Source: Candidatus Dasytiphilus stammeri
Lineage (GTDB): Bacteria > Pseudomonadota > Gammaproteobacteria > Enterobacterales > Enterobacteriaceae
Length of the DNA stretch: 32,000 bases
NCBI GenBank assembly: GCA_041944835.1
Contig: CP145879.1
Location: forward strand, 283,621 to 315,620
Direction of reading: 5' to 3'
The notes beneath the pieces were generated by a model. It had not been told where the DNA came from and made no database searches. It saw nothing but the letters and a program-made list of their open reading frames with translations. Below are positions 7,125 through 17,296 of the stretch, piece after piece. Position numbers and translations under genes: made by a program. Position 1 is the first letter of the stretch, and each line of letters begins with the position of its first letter.

Positions 7125-8054
7125 TTAAGATGATGGATGAGGTTTTTTATTATAATATGGAATTATATTACGTAAAAAAGGAAGATTAATATTTAATATA
7201 ATTAAATCTTGATTATATTTAAATATTTTTTTATAAGCCTGCAAAGTACGAACAAAACGATAAAAATTAGTATCGTGATTAAAATAAGTTGCAAATAGTT
7301 TAGCTACTAATGCATCAGCTTCTCCATGTATAACATGTGCTTGTTTTTTAGCTTCAGCTATAGTATATATTACTTCATAATCCGCAGCCGCACGAATTTT
7401 TTCAGCTTTTTCTTTACCTTGATAACGATGAAGAAGAGCATCTGAATCCAGTTCAGCACGCATTCTATTATATATAGAATCTGAAACTTCATTAGGTAAA
7501 TTTATTTTTTTGATACGTACATCTACTACTTGAATTCCTAATATATTTTGTGCTAGTTGTTCAGTATCATATGTATTAATAATACTTTTATTTAATTTTT
7601 GACGCAATATTGAAATTAACTTTCCTTGTGAATCATTTACAATATCTTTTAGATTTAAATGTCCTATTTCAGAACTCAATTTATCACTAAATGTTTTTCT
7701 AAGAAAATTTTCTACTTGAGAAATTTCTCCTCCTGTACTAACATACAAACGATTAAGATCAGTGATACGCCATTTTATATATGAATCTACAATTATATTT
7801 TTCTTTTCCTTGGTTACAAATTTCTCACTTTTATTTTCTAGAGTTTGAATACGGATATCCAAACCTTTTACTTTTTCAATTAATGGTTTTTTAAAATGTA
7901 ATCCGGGGGATAATACTACTACATTATGATTAATATCTCGTAAAACCTTACCAAAATGTAATAAAATTCCTCGTTGACCTTCTTGGATAATAAAAAAGGA
8001 TGAGTAAAGTAATATTAATATTACTATTAATAAAAATGATAAATATTTACGCAT
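7125..8054 (-). CDS. hflC: FtsH modulator HflC (SPFH/band-7 protein)
   Basis: The 309-aa ORF is colinear with E. coli HflC. Matching segments are EGQRGILLHFGKVLRD, PGLHFKKPLIE, FVTKEKKNIIVDSYIKWRI, VVDVRIKKINLP and IYNRMRAE. Confidence 0.93.
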   Translation of the reverse strand: MRKYLSFLLIVILILLYSSFFIIQEGQRGILLHFGKVLRDINHNVVVLSPGLHFKKPLIEKVKGLDIRIQTLENKSEKFVTKEKKNIIVDSYIKWRITDLNRLYVSTGGEISQVENFLRKTFSDKLSSEIGHLNLKDIVNDSQGKLISILRQKLNKSIINTYDTEQLAQNILGIQVVDVRIKKINLPNEVSDSIYNRMRAELDSDALLHRYQGKEKAEKIRAAADYEVIYTIAEAKKQAHVIHGEADALVAKLFATYFNHDTNFYRFVRTLQAYKKIFKYNQDLIILNINLPFLRNIIPYYNKKPHPSS

Positions 8055-8059
8055 GAATT

Positions 8060-9235
8060 TTATTCCTGATTAGTGCGTATGGCATTAGCTTTACGTTTAT
8101 TCAAAATATCATCGGGTTTTTTATAGTTAGTACTAATATTATTAGATTTTTTATTACTCATTACATCAGAATTCATATTAGTTGTTATAATTTTATTAGA
8201 TCGAGAATTTTTTATTTTTTCTCTAGGAGAAAAATTTTTAAAGTTCAAGGGTATAAATAAAATATTATGAGTATTAGAATCAACCAGTATCTTATGGACA
8301 TGACTCAACATATATTCCATAGTCTGAATATATAATCGTTCTTTAGTAAAGTCAGAAGCTCTTTTATATTCAAGTAGAACTTTCGCAAATTCTGTTACTT
8401 CTCCTTGAGCTTCTAATATAGTACGTGTTTTATAAGCCTGGGCATTTTCAATTATGCGTTGTGCTCTACCACTAGCTTGTTTTTTTACTGCATTAGCATA
8501 AGCTTCTGCTTCACGAATATATTGTTGTTCATTTTCTCGTGCAACCATCGCATCATTAAAAGCAGATTCTACTTCTTCAGGCAGCAGACTAGATCCTTGC
8601 AAATTTATATCTACTAATGTAATTCCCATATGATATGGATCAATAATTTGTTCTAATTCATGTTTAATCTTTCGACAAATAATAGTACGTCCTTCAGTAA
8701 GAAGAGTATCCATACTCAATTTTCCAATTACACCACGCAAAGCACTCTCAGTAGCTTGCCGTAAGCTATCATCTGGATTAGTAACGGAAAAAAGATAATT
8801 TATCGGATTAGTAATCTGATATTGTACATTAATTCTTACCTTAACGATATTTTCATCAGAAGTTAAGATTCTTCCTGTAGCTACTATTTCACGTATCGCT
8901 TCTACATTTATAGGATATACTCTATCAATAAAAGTTAATTTCCAATTTAAACCTGGCATAACTATATGACTAAATTTACCAAACCTAGTTATTACAGCTC
9001 GGTCAGACTCTTTAATGGTATAAAAACCAGTGCTTAGTAAAATTATCAGAGTAATAATCATTATTATTAAAAATAAATTAAAGTTTAAAACTGGATTATT
9101 TTTATTGTGATTACCTCTTATTAGATAAATAAATTTTTGAAATTTACTCGATCCATTTTCATCAAATGTATTTTTATTTTCCCAAGGATCACGAGTTTTT
9201 TTTATACTTTTTCCAGAAGATTGATATAGATTCAT
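8060..9235 (-). CDS. hflK: FtsH modulator HflK
   Basis: The 391-aa ORF matches E. coli HflK at GFYTIKESDRAVITRFGKFSH, PGLNWKLTFID, LTSDENIV, SLRQATESALRGVIGK, ARENEQQYIREAEAY and ILEAQGEV. Confidence 0.93.
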   Translation of the reverse strand: MNLYQSSGKSIKKTRDPWENKNTFDENGSSKFQKFIYLIRGNHNKNNPVLNFNLFLIIMIITLIILLSTGFYTIKESDRAVITRFGKFSHIVMPGLNWKLTFIDRVYPINVEAIREIVATGRILTSDENIVKVRINVQYQITNPINYLFSVTNPDDSLRQATESALRGVIGKLSMDTLLTEGRTIICRKIKHELEQIIDPYHMGITLVDINLQGSSLLPEEVESAFNDAMVARENEQQYIREAEAYANAVKKQASGRAQRIIENAQAYKTRTILEAQGEVTEFAKVLLEYKRASDFTKERLYIQTMEYMLSHVHKILVDSNTHNILFIPLNFKNFSPREKIKNSRSNKIITTNMNSDVMSNKKSNNISTNYKKPDDILNKRKANAIRTNQE

Positions 9236-9324
9236 TTTTATTATACCAAATATAAATATAACCTAAATTGATAATTATTTATTACTACTCTAAAGATTAT
9301 AAAAACCAGCCGGAGTATTGGACT

Positions 9325-9421
9325 CTAGTAAGAAAAAGATTTTGATGGAACTACAATACAAATAGCATGTTTATATATCATTTTAATAACACTTTTTAAA
9401 ATAAAATTGCCCTTTAGCCAT
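9325..9421 (-). pseudogene. hfq: hfq relic: start codon plus Sm2 motif retained, Sm1 region deleted, 1-nt frame disruption
   Basis: The minus strand from 9421 reads atg gct aaa ggg caa = MAKGQ, the Hfq N-terminus. This frame stops after 12 codons. The frame shifted by +1 nt (starting one base 3' of the ATG) reads WLKGNFILKSVIKMIYKHAICIVVPSKSFSY*. Compare E. coli Hfq ..[27 protein letters not shown]. The 97-nt relic sits where hfq belongs, between miaA and hflK. Confidence 0.75.
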
Positions 9422-9532
9422 TCTTTTTATTTCCTTTTCACATAATTTTATATTTATACATAGAGAATTAAAAATTCCATAAGAATAGGTGAATTAAAAA
9501 TTCATGGTATAAACTCGATTACTATAAAATAA

Positions 9533-10465
9533 CTATACCCCGATCTTAATAAGGATATTTTTACATGCTAAATTCAGATTCTCATTATCAAGCCAGTAAG
9601 TATTTTTCCATTTACGTAACCAAGTGAACTGATGTTTAGCTAGACTACATGTTGCATGAATTGCTTGTTTCAACATTGCGTCATAATTAATTTTTCCTTC
9701 AAGATAAGACCACATTTGACGATAACCAACACAACGAAGAGAAGGCATATTTCCATTTAAATCTCCTCTATCAAATAATTTTTGAACCTCATCTTGAAAA
9801 CCTTCATTTATCATTCTAAACAAACGTTGTTCAATAAGATTATATAATTTAAATCGACATGAAGGAGAAATTACAAATTGTATAATATCATATTCTAAAT
9901 CATTATCATTTTTTATTCGATTTAATGCAGTTAGTGTATTACCAGAAATTAAACAAACTTCTATTGCTCGTGAGATTCTTTGTCGATCATTGCAATTAAT
10001 TCTTTTTGCGGCAATTGGATCTAATTGAGATAATTGTTCGTGAATATTTTTCCATCCTTGTTGAGTTGCTTGTTTGTAAATATATTCACGTATCATGTAA
10101 TTAGATGCAGGTAAGAGTGATAATCCATTCATTAATATTTTAAAATAAAGCATAGAACCACCTACTAATAAAGGTAATCTACCTTTTTTAGTAATAGAAT
10201 CCATTTTTTTTATAGCATCTTTCCTAAATTCTGCAACTGAATAAGTTTCTGAAGGATCACGAATATTCAATAAATGATGTGGAACTTGACAAAGTTGTTG
10301 ATTTGTAGGTTTAGCTGTACCAATGTTCATTTGTCTATATACCATAGCTGAATCAACACTTATTACTTCTATTGGAAGTAATTCACTTAATTTTATAGCT
10401 AATTCAGTTTTTCCAGAAGCTGTGGGACCCATTAAAAAAATGGATTTAGGTAATTTATTTTTCAT
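9533..10465 (-). CDS. miaA: tRNA dimethylallyltransferase MiaA
   Basis: The 310-aa ORF has the P-loop GPTASGKT, plus [18 protein letters not shown] and GGSMLYFK motifs. It overlaps the 3' end of mutL by 11 nt, consistent with the mutL-miaA arrangement. Confidence 0.93.
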   Translation of the reverse strand: MKNKLPKSIFLMGPTASGKTELAIKLSELLPIEVISVDSAMVYRQMNIGTAKPTNQQLCQVPHHLLNIRDPSETYSVAEFRKDAIKKMDSITKKGRLPLLVGGSMLYFKILMNGLSLLPASNYMIREYIYKQATQQGWKNIHEQLSQLDPIAAKRINCNDRQRISRAIEVCLISGNTLTALNRIKNDNDLEYDIIQFVISPSCRFKLYNLIEQRLFRMINEGFQDEVQKLFDRGDLNGNMPSLRCVGYRQMWSYLEGKINYDAMLKQAIHATCSLAKHQFTWLRKWKNTYWLDNENLNLACKNILIKIGV

Positions 10466-12098
10466 AATTTTTTTTGAGTACGCTTAATGCTGAAGTAATA
10501 TCAACGCGTTGTAAAAAGTGCAGAGGTGGTGAGCTAATTAAATTAGGACAAAATTTTACTAGATCATAAAATAAATTTATAGCTTGTGAAAGGTTCCATT
10601 TTGGGTTTTTATCAATATTTTTTACTAAAAAATTGATAATTTGAATTTCTGATATTTCGGTTTGTGTCGAAAGATAAGTTAAAAGTGCCGAAAATACCTC
10701 AGAAAAATTTTTAGAACGTAATATTAAAGGTATTGAACGAACCAGTAATAGATTATTATCTATTACTAAATGAATTCCAATTTTTTTAAAAATATAAGAA
10801 TTATTATAAATAATATCTAATATTTTTTTTTTTATATTAAATCGTAATGGAATTAATAATGGATAATTTTTTTTTTTAAAATTTGATTTAAGTTGTATGA
10901 AAATTAAATATCTATGAGCTACGGATAATGCAATCAATATTAGTCCTTTTTTATCTTCTACTAATGCGATATCTTCTTTCAGTATGCTTAGTACTTTTCC
11001 AAACTTTACAATTTCATTATTATCTAATTCTAATCGGTGAAAATTTTTGGTTTTAAAAAAAGGTAATTTATCTTTTTTTTCATCAATCGTTAGATTGAAT
11101 AAATTTCGTTTCTTATATTCTTTAAGTTTATTTGTTAATGCATTATAAATAAATTCGTATATTAATCTTGATTGATAAAATCGTACATCCTTTTTTGTAG
11201 GATGTACATTAATATCTATTTCTTTTGGAGAAATATTTAAATATAAAATAAACTTAACTGGATTTTCATTACCTATGATATCATAATATGCTTGACGAAT
11301 TGCATGAAATAACAGTCTATTTTGTACTATTCTTCCATTCACATAAAAATAGTGTAAATAATTTGGCAGATTAGATTCATTTTTATAGGATACCCATCCA
11401 TGTAATTGGATTTCTTTAGATTGCCAATGAATACTAAATATATGAGACATAAAAATATTTCCGCAAATTGAAGCAATTCTCTGTTCCGGTTCAATGGTAT
11501 TTAGATATTGTCTAATTAATTTTCCATTATGTGTAAGAGTAATTGCTACATCAAATCGTGCTAATGCTATACGACGTATTATTTCATCTATATGTAAAAA
11601 TTCCGTCCTTTCAGTTCGCATAAATTTCCGACGCGCTGGAGTATTATAAAATAAATCACATACCTCTACAGTGGTACCAATAGGATGAGCTACGGGGATA
11701 AGGTTGATTTTTTGATTCTGCATGGTATATGTTTGCCATGCTTCTTTTTGGATTTTAGTTCTTGATATTAATTTTAATCGTGAGACTGAACTAATACTTG
11801 CCAATGCTTCTCCACGAAAACCCAAACTAGTAATAATATTTAAATCATCAATAGTGGATATTTTACTAGTAGTATGATTATCTAATGCTAATAGAATTTC
11901 ATCCTTATTAATTCCGCAACCATTATCACGAATACGGATCAATTGTATACCGCCTTTATTAATTTCGATATTAATCGTATTAGCTCCAGCATCTAAGCTG
12001 TTTTCTAATAGTTCTTTTACTACTGAAGCAGGACGTTCTACTACTTCTCCAGCCGCGATTTGATTGGTAATCTGTATAGGTAATTTTTTTATCGACAT
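10455..12098 (-). CDS. mutL: DNA mismatch repair protein MutL
   Basis: The 547-aa ORF has a GHKL ATPase N-terminus: [46 protein letters not shown] and NVHPTK.DVRF. It is shorter than E. coli MutL in the linker and C-terminal region. Confidence 0.93.
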   Translation of the reverse strand: MSIKKLPIQITNQIAAGEVVERPASVVKELLENSLDAGANTINIEINKGGIQLIRIRDNGCGINKDEILLALDNHTTSKISTIDDLNIITSLGFRGEALASISSVSRLKLISRTKIQKEAWQTYTMQNQKINLIPVAHPIGTTVEVCDLFYNTPARRKFMRTERTEFLHIDEIIRRIALARFDVAITLTHNGKLIRQYLNTIEPEQRIASICGNIFMSHIFSIHWQSKEIQLHGWVSYKNESNLPNYLHYFYVNGRIVQNRLLFHAIRQAYYDIIGNENPVKFILYLNISPKEIDINVHPTKKDVRFYQSRLIYEFIYNALTNKLKEYKKRNLFNLTIDEKKDKLPFFKTKNFHRLELDNNEIVKFGKVLSILKEDIALVEDKKGLILIALSVAHRYLIFIQLKSNFKKKNYPLLIPLRFNIKKKILDIIYNNSYIFKKIGIHLVIDNNLLLVRSIPLILRSKNFSEVFSALLTYLSTQTEISEIQIINFLVKNIDKNPKWNLSQAINLFYDLVKFCPNLISSPPLHFLQRVDITSALSVLKKNYEK

Positions 12099-12140
12099 AG
12101 TTATTATTATTTATATAACTTATATGCAATAAGTTATAAA

Positions 12141-12647
12141 TCATGGGTTAATAGTTATACAATTTCTATATTGTTTCAATACTTTTATTCCATTTTCAGA
12201 AATACCACATATTTCGGCATTATATGGTTTTTGATTATAATAATCCAATCGAAGTTCAAGATCGGGTAATGGTAAAAAGTGATGAACTTTTTCAGGCCAT
12301 TCAATTAGATAAATTCTATTTTTTTGACAAAAAAAATAGTCTCGTATTCCTACATATTCAAGTTCTTGATAATTAGAAATTTGATAAAAATCAAAATGAT
12401 GAATAATAATTTTTGAAATATAATAAGAATTTACTAATAAGTAAGTTGGACTTTTAATTTTTTTTTTATAACCTAAAGCATATATAAAACCTCGACAAAA
12501 AGTGGTTTTACCAGTTCCTACCTGACCATATAACCAAATTTTATTACTCATTACATCATTTTTATAACATATTTGTGCTATTTTGCTACCTAATAATAAA
12601 GTGGCAGTTTCATTAGGTAATGAAAATTTCAATGACACATTATTCAT
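12141..12647 (-). CDS. tsaE: tRNA t6A37 biosynthesis ATPase TsaE (YjeE)
   Basis: The 168-aa ORF has the P-loop LYGQVGTGKTTF and the SPTY and HFDFYQ motifs. It lies between nnr and mutL, the yjeF-yjeE-(amiB)-mutL order. Confidence 0.85.
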   Translation of the reverse strand: MNNVSLKFSLPNETATLLLGSKIAQICYKNDVMSNKIWLYGQVGTGKTTFCRGFIYALGYKKKIKSPTYLLVNSYYISKIIIHHFDFYQISNYQELEYVGIRDYFFCQKNRIYLIEWPEKVHHFLPLPDLELRLDYYNQKPYNAEICGISENGIKVLKQYRNCITINP

Positions 12648-12648
12648 A

Positions 12649-14151
12649 CTATTTATATTGATTATTTAAAATATTAGGATTAATAAATTTATGAATAACT
12701 GAAAATAAATCTGTTGCTAGAAAACCTCTCATTCCAAAATTCATTGCTAAAAAATCACCGGCAGCACCATGTACTAAAGATGCAACCATTGCAGATTGAT
12801 TAAGGGAAATATTCTGACCTAAAATACCCCCAATGATTCCCGATAATACATCTCCCATTCCTCCTGTAGCCATTCCTGCATTTCCAACATCTACAATAAA
12901 GTATTCATCTTGAGTAGCAATTATTGTTCCTGCTCCTTTTAGTATAACTACTCCCCCATATTTTTGAACTATAAGTTGTGCAGATAGTAATCTATCGCTA
13001 TTAATTTTAGCTTCATTGGTATGAAGCAAACGTGCAGCTTCTTTAGTATGCGGTGTAATTATCCTATGATCACAAAAATTCCAATTATTTGCTAAAATGT
13101 TAAGTGCATCTGCATCCCATACCATTTTATGTTTATATTTTTGGACTTTTTTAAGAGCATCTATTGCTAATGGTTTAAATCCTAAACCTGGACCAATAAC
13201 AATGGTATTTGCCCATTCTAAATCTAATTCTAAAGTAGTCATAGTTAATTTTTGTACCATTAATTCCGGACGTGCTGATAATATCGGACATATATTATCT
13301 TTATGAGTAAGAACTTTTACCAATCCAGCTCCACTTCTTAATGCTGCTTCTGCAGCTAAACGAATAGCACCTCCTTTCCCTACATCACCACCAATTAATA
13401 ATAACTTTCCATAATTACCTTTATGAGAACTAGGTAATCGCAAGGGCAAGGGATTTTGAAGTAAATATGAATGATCAATTCTAAAAATTGAGGTACATTT
13501 TTTTTTGAGCCATCTATCTATTCCTAAAGAATTATAATGAAGTTGTCCTACATGATTACGTGCTTTACCAATTAATAATCCTGTTTTTAAAGTCATAAAA
13601 GTTAAAGTATGTGTAGCGTTAATTACTTGTCCGGGAGTATCACCAGTATCCGATAATAATCCAGAAGGGATATCTATGGAAAAAATAGGTGCGTTATACT
13701 CATTACATTTTTTGATGAGAATATCATATGGATATCTTGGAGCACGATTTAATCCCGTACCAAGTAATCCATCTACCATAAGATCTATATTAGTGGGGAA
13801 AACAGTATCGATTGAGAGGATTTTTCCTCCTAATTTTAACCAAGCATCTTTCGCTTGTCTATTGATATTTTTATCACTTTCTATAGCCAATAAAGTTACA
13901 TTAATATTTTGGGTTTTTGCTAAACATGCAATTATATATGCATCTGCTCCATTATTGCCATGACCACATAAAATAAGCCAATTATGAGCGTTAGGCCATA
14001 ATTTAATTATTAAATTAAAAGCTGCTTGTCCAGCACGTTCAATCATATCAAATATAGTAATACCTATACTTTTTGCTGCTTCATACTCCATTTCTTTAAT
14101 ATTTTTGGTAGACCATACTTTATTAGGAAGATCACTATTAGATTTTATCAT
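12649..14151 (-). CDS. nnr: Bifunctional NAD(P)H-hydrate repair enzyme Nnr (YjeF: epimerase + ADP-dependent dehydratase)
   Basis: The 500-aa ORF has an N-terminal YjeF_N region (CGHGNNGADAY, DGLLGTGL) and a C-terminal carbohydrate-kinase region (HKGNYGKLLLIGG, GMATGGMGDVLSG). Confidence 0.9.
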   Translation of the reverse strand: MIKSNSDLPNKVWSTKNIKEMEYEAAKSIGITIFDMIERAGQAAFNLIIKLWPNAHNWLILCGHGNNGADAYIIACLAKTQNINVTLLAIESDKNINRQAKDAWLKLGGKILSIDTVFPTNIDLMVDGLLGTGLNRAPRYPYDILIKKCNEYNAPIFSIDIPSGLLSDTGDTPGQVINATHTLTFMTLKTGLLIGKARNHVGQLHYNSLGIDRWLKKKCTSIFRIDHSYLLQNPLPLRLPSSHKGNYGKLLLIGGDVGKGGAIRLAAEAALRSGAGLVKVLTHKDNICPILSARPELMVQKLTMTTLELDLEWANTIVIGPGLGFKPLAIDALKKVQKYKHKMVWDADALNILANNWNFCDHRIITPHTKEAARLLHTNEAKINSDRLLSAQLIVQKYGGVVILKGAGTIIATQDEYFIVDVGNAGMATGGMGDVLSGIIGGILGQNISLNQSAMVASLVHGAAGDFLAMNFGMRGFLATDLFSVIHKFINPNILNNQYK

Positions 14152-14172
14152 AATTGTGCATTATATTATGTA

Positions 14173-14248
14173 TGGAGCGGGAAACGAGAATCGAACTCGC
14201 GACCCTAACCTTGGCAAGGTTATGCTCTACCAACTGAGCTATTCCCGC
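14173..14248 (-). tRNA. glyV: tRNA-Gly (anticodon GCC), CCA encoded
   Basis: The reverse complement is GCGGGAATAGCTCAGTTGGTAGAGCATAACCTTGCCAAGGTTAGGGTCGCGAGTTCGATTCTCGTTTCCCGCTCCA. The acceptor stem (GCGGGAA/TTCCCGC) and anticodon stem (TAACC/GGTTA) pair perfectly, and the loop TTGCCAA gives anticodon GCC. It is near-identical to the E. coli glyVXY tRNA and has the same position next to orn. Confidence 0.97.
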
Positions 14249-14259
14249 TAAAATTATGA

Positions 14260-14802
14260 CTATAACTGGATAAAATGTTCACGATAATAAGCTAATTCAG
14301 CGACTGATTCACGAATATCTTCTAAAGCTTGATGAGTTCCACGTTTCTTTATTCCCTGCAGTATATTTGGTTTCCATCTACGAGCCAATTCTTGAATCGT
14401 ACTAACATCTAGATAACGATAGTTAAAATATGCTTCTAATTCCGGCATATAACGAATTAAAAAACGTCGATCCTGACCAATACTATTTCCACAAATAGGT
14501 GATGTATTTTCTGGAACCCATTTTTTTAGAAATTCTAAAGTTGCTAATTCTGCATCCCGTTCCGTATATTTACTGGCTATAACACGGTTAATTAATCCAG
14601 TAGCACTATGAGTTCGTAAATTCCACTGATCCATTTCTGCTAATTTTACCGATGATTGATGTACAGCCAATACCGGACCTTCTGCTAAAATATTGAGACT
14701 GACATCAGTCACTAAAGTAGCAATTTCAATAATCCTATTATGGATAGGATCTAAACCAGTCATTTCAAGATCAATCCAAATAAGATTCTTCTTATTTATC
14801 AT
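14260..14802 (-). CDS. orn: Oligoribonuclease Orn
   Basis: [46 protein letters not shown] and [17 protein letters not shown] closely match E. coli Orn. I chose the start at ATG 14802 ([13 protein letters not shown]) by alignment length. The ORF-track start at 14835 adds 11 residues and remains possible. Confidence 0.9.
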   Translation of the reverse strand: MINKKNLIWIDLEMTGLDPIHNRIIEIATLVTDVSLNILAEGPVLAVHQSSVKLAEMDQWNLRTHSATGLINRVIASKYTERDAELATLEFLKKWVPENTSPICGNSIGQDRRFLIRYMPELEAYFNYRYLDVSTIQELARRWKPNILQGIKKRGTHQALEDIRESVAELAYYREHFIQL

Positions 14803-14873
14803 GAAAGTTATTGTTTTCTCCTTATCATTGATCAATAGAATTGATAACTTTAGATTTTTTGATAAAAATATAA

Positions 14874-15440
14874 CTATTTTATTCGCGAAATATACTCAGC
14901 TGATTGAGTATTAATTTTTACTACTTCTCCTATTTCAACAAATAAAGGGACTTTTACCACTGCACCAGTACTTAAAATAGCATATTTAGTTGTTGTAGTC
15001 ACTGAATTACCTTTTAAATTAGGATCTGTATTAATAATTGGTAATTCAACAAAATTAGGAGGAGTAACAATTATAGGAGTACCATTCCATAGAGTTACAA
15101 GACATTTTGCTTGTTCAGTAATCCATTTTGCATTCTCTCCAACCACTTTATGATGGGCAGCAAATTGTTCAAAAGTTTTATCTTCCATAAAATACCACAT
15201 CATACCATCATTATATAAGTAAGTTAGATTCAATTCTACAACATCAGCTAATAAAACTGTATCGGTAGCTTTAAAGGTTTTTTCAATTTGTTTTCCAGTA
15301 AATAACCTTCGCATTTTCACTCGTACAAAAGCTTGTCCTTTACCTGGTTTTACAAACTCAGTACTTTCAATAGCATAGGGTTCTTGATCAAATATAATTT
15401 TTAACCCCGAATAAAAATCTTTACTTAAAAAAGTCGTCAT
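14874..15440 (-). CDS. efp: Translation elongation factor P
   Basis: The 188-aa ORF has [18 protein letters not shown] (which includes the conserved modified Lys), [25 protein letters not shown] and [19 protein letters not shown]. Confidence 0.95.
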   Translation of the reverse strand: MTTFLSKDFYSGLKIIFDQEPYAIESTEFVKPGKGQAFVRVKMRRLFTGKQIEKTFKATDTVLLADVVELNLTYLYNDGMMWYFMEDKTFEQFAAHHKVVGENAKWITEQAKCLVTLWNGTPIIVTPPNFVELPIINTDPNLKGNSVTTTTKYAILSTGAVVKVPLFVEIGEVVKINTQSAEYISRIK

Positions 15441-15477
15441 CCTCTTTATTCAATTTTAAACCATTAAATATAGTTCT

Positions 15478-17286
15478 TTATTTATTTTTAAAATTTAACC
15501 AATTAATTATTGTCTGTTGTATTCCAAATGCATCTAAACCATAACACTTCCTTATTTCTTCTTGTGAACCGTGCGGAATAAATTGATCTGGTAACCCAAT
15601 ATTTAAAATTGGAATAAAAATCTTATTTCTTAGAAGGAGTTCATTCACCGCACTTCCAGCGCCACCAAAAATAGCAGCTTCTTCTAAAGTCACAAGTATC
15701 TCATGATTTGTAGTTAACTTCAATATATATTCTTTGTCAAGCGGTTTAACAAACCGCATATCAACTAGGGTTGCATTAAGATTTTCAGCAACTTTTATAG
15801 CTTGAGATAATAAATGTCCAAAATTCAGAATAGCTATTTTCTTTCCTAGTCTTCTTGTTAGACTTTTTCCAATAGGTAGAAGTGATAATAAAGTAGTTGT
15901 TAATTTATTAACTAAATTACTAGAACCACGGGGATATCTTACTATACAAGGACCTTTTTTATAATTATAACCGGTATGTAACATATTTATTAATTCATTT
16001 TCATCACTAGGAGTCATAATAACTGTATTAGGTATACAACGCAAAAAACTAATATCAAATGCTCCTTGATGAGTTTGGCCATCAAAACCAACAATACCTG
16101 CACGATCTATAGCAAATAAAACTGGTAGTTTAGGAATAGCTATGTCATGGATTATTTGATCATAGCATCTTTGTAAAAATGTAGAATAAACAGCAACAAC
16201 CGGTCTTAATCCTCCAATTGCTAAACCCGTAGATAAGGTTACTGCATGTTGTTCTGCAATTCCTACATCACAATATTGATCAGGATATTTTTTTGCAAAA
16301 CTGGACATTCCAGAACCTTCACCCATGGCTGGAGTAATAGCTATCAATTTTTGATCTTTTTTAGCGGTTTCATTCAACCATAATCCAAAAGTATTGGAGT
16401 AATTAATCTTTTCTTTTTTAGAAGCACTTTCTTCTACTACTAACTCATTTTTATTTAAATCAAATTTATTAACAGCATGCCATTTAGTGGGGTTTTCTTC
16501 TGCTGGAGTATAACCTTTTCCTTTTTTAGTAAAAACATGTAACAAATAAGGACCAGATAAATTACGTACTGATTTTAAAATTTCAATTAAATCTAATAAA
16601 TTATGTCCATCATAAGGACCTATATATTGCCAACCTAATAAATCAAAAAGAGTACTTTTAATAAGATCTTTTTGATGATTTATTCGAAAATCGGTTTTTA
16701 AGGAAGATAAATGTTCTTTTAAAGCACCTACATTTTCTGAAATAGACATTTGGTTATCGTTAAGAATAACTAAAATATTTGTTGATTTAATATATCCACC
16801 ATGATTAAGTGCTTCAAAAGCCATTCCAGCCGTCATAGCACCATCACCAATTACACACACTGTACGACGATTTTTGTTTTCTTTAGAAGCAGCTATTGCT
16901 AATCCTAATGCTGCGCTAATAGAAGTAGATGAATGACCAGCTGTAAGAACATCATATTCGCTTTCTTCACGACAAAGAAAGGGATGTAGTCCACCTCTTT
17001 TACGGATGGTATTAATAGTATCACGACGACCCGTAATAATTTTATGCACATATGCTTGATGTCCAATATCCCATACTATATTATCAAATGGAGTATTATA
17101 TATATAATGCAATGCAACTGTTAATTCAACTACACCTAGCCCCGAAGCAAAATGTCCACTGTTAGTACTAACACTCTCCAGTAAATAATCACGTAATTCT
17201 TGACAGAATGGTACTAATTGTTCTTTTGGTAAGGAACGCAGCGTTTCTAGTGAATTTAGACTTCGAAGAAGTGAATATTTTTTCAT
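15478..17286 (-). CDS. dxs: 1-deoxy-D-xylulose-5-phosphate synthase
   Basis: The 602-aa ORF has [63 protein letters not shown] and [20 protein letters not shown]. It sits in the xseB-ispA-dxs operon order. Confidence 0.95.
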   Translation of the reverse strand: MKKYSLLRSLNSLETLRSLPKEQLVPFCQELRDYLLESVSTNSGHFASGLGVVELTVALHYIYNTPFDNIVWDIGHQAYVHKIITGRRDTINTIRKRGGLHPFLCREESEYDVLTAGHSSTSISAALGLAIAASKENKNRRTVCVIGDGAMTAGMAFEALNHGGYIKSTNILVILNDNQMSISENVGALKEHLSSLKTDFRINHQKDLIKSTLFDLLGWQYIGPYDGHNLLDLIEILKSVRNLSGPYLLHVFTKKGKGYTPAEENPTKWHAVNKFDLNKNELVVEESASKKEKINYSNTFGLWLNETAKKDQKLIAITPAMGEGSGMSSFAKKYPDQYCDVGIAEQHAVTLSTGLAIGGLRPVVAVYSTFLQRCYDQIIHDIAIPKLPVLFAIDRAGIVGFDGQTHQGAFDISFLRCIPNTVIMTPSDENELINMLHTGYNYKKGPCIVRYPRGSSNLVNKLTTTLLSLLPIGKSLTRRLGKKIAILNFGHLLSQAIKVAENLNATLVDMRFVKPLDKEYILKLTTNHEILVTLEEAAIFGGAGSAVNELLLRNKIFIPILNIGLPDQFIPHGSQEEIRKCYGLDAFGIQQTIINWLNFKNK

Positions 17287-17296
17287 ATAAAATTTA

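Noticed and set aside
9301-9326. Relatively GC-rich patch followed by T5 (minus strand gagtccaatactccggctggttttt) as an intrinsic terminator after the hfq relic
   Set aside because: Only a 4-bp stem (GAGT/ACTC) forms, and it is separated from the T run by 8 nt, which is too weak for a terminator call.
9422-9532. Possible Sm1-region remains of hfq upstream of the relic (for example SMYKYKIM* versus SIYLVNGIKL)
   Set aside because: The similarity is weak and broken by stops in every frame. The MAKGQ start lies downstream of this stretch, so it is better read as the miaA-hfq intergenic spacer.
13097-13963. Two plus-strand ORFs (69 aa and 95 aa) within nnr
   Set aside because: They are antisense to a well-conserved 500-aa Nnr ORF. 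Their sequences are low-complexity and unrecognisable, so they are most likely artefacts of the opposite-strand coding frame.
14026-14208. 60-aa plus-strand ORF spanning the nnr 5' end and the tRNA-Gly
   Set aside because: It overlaps the reverse complement of a canonical tRNA and the nnr start, which is not plausible for a gene.
14693-14914. 73-aa plus-strand ORF across the orn/efp junction
   Set aside because: It is antisense to two highly conserved genes and has no supporting signal.
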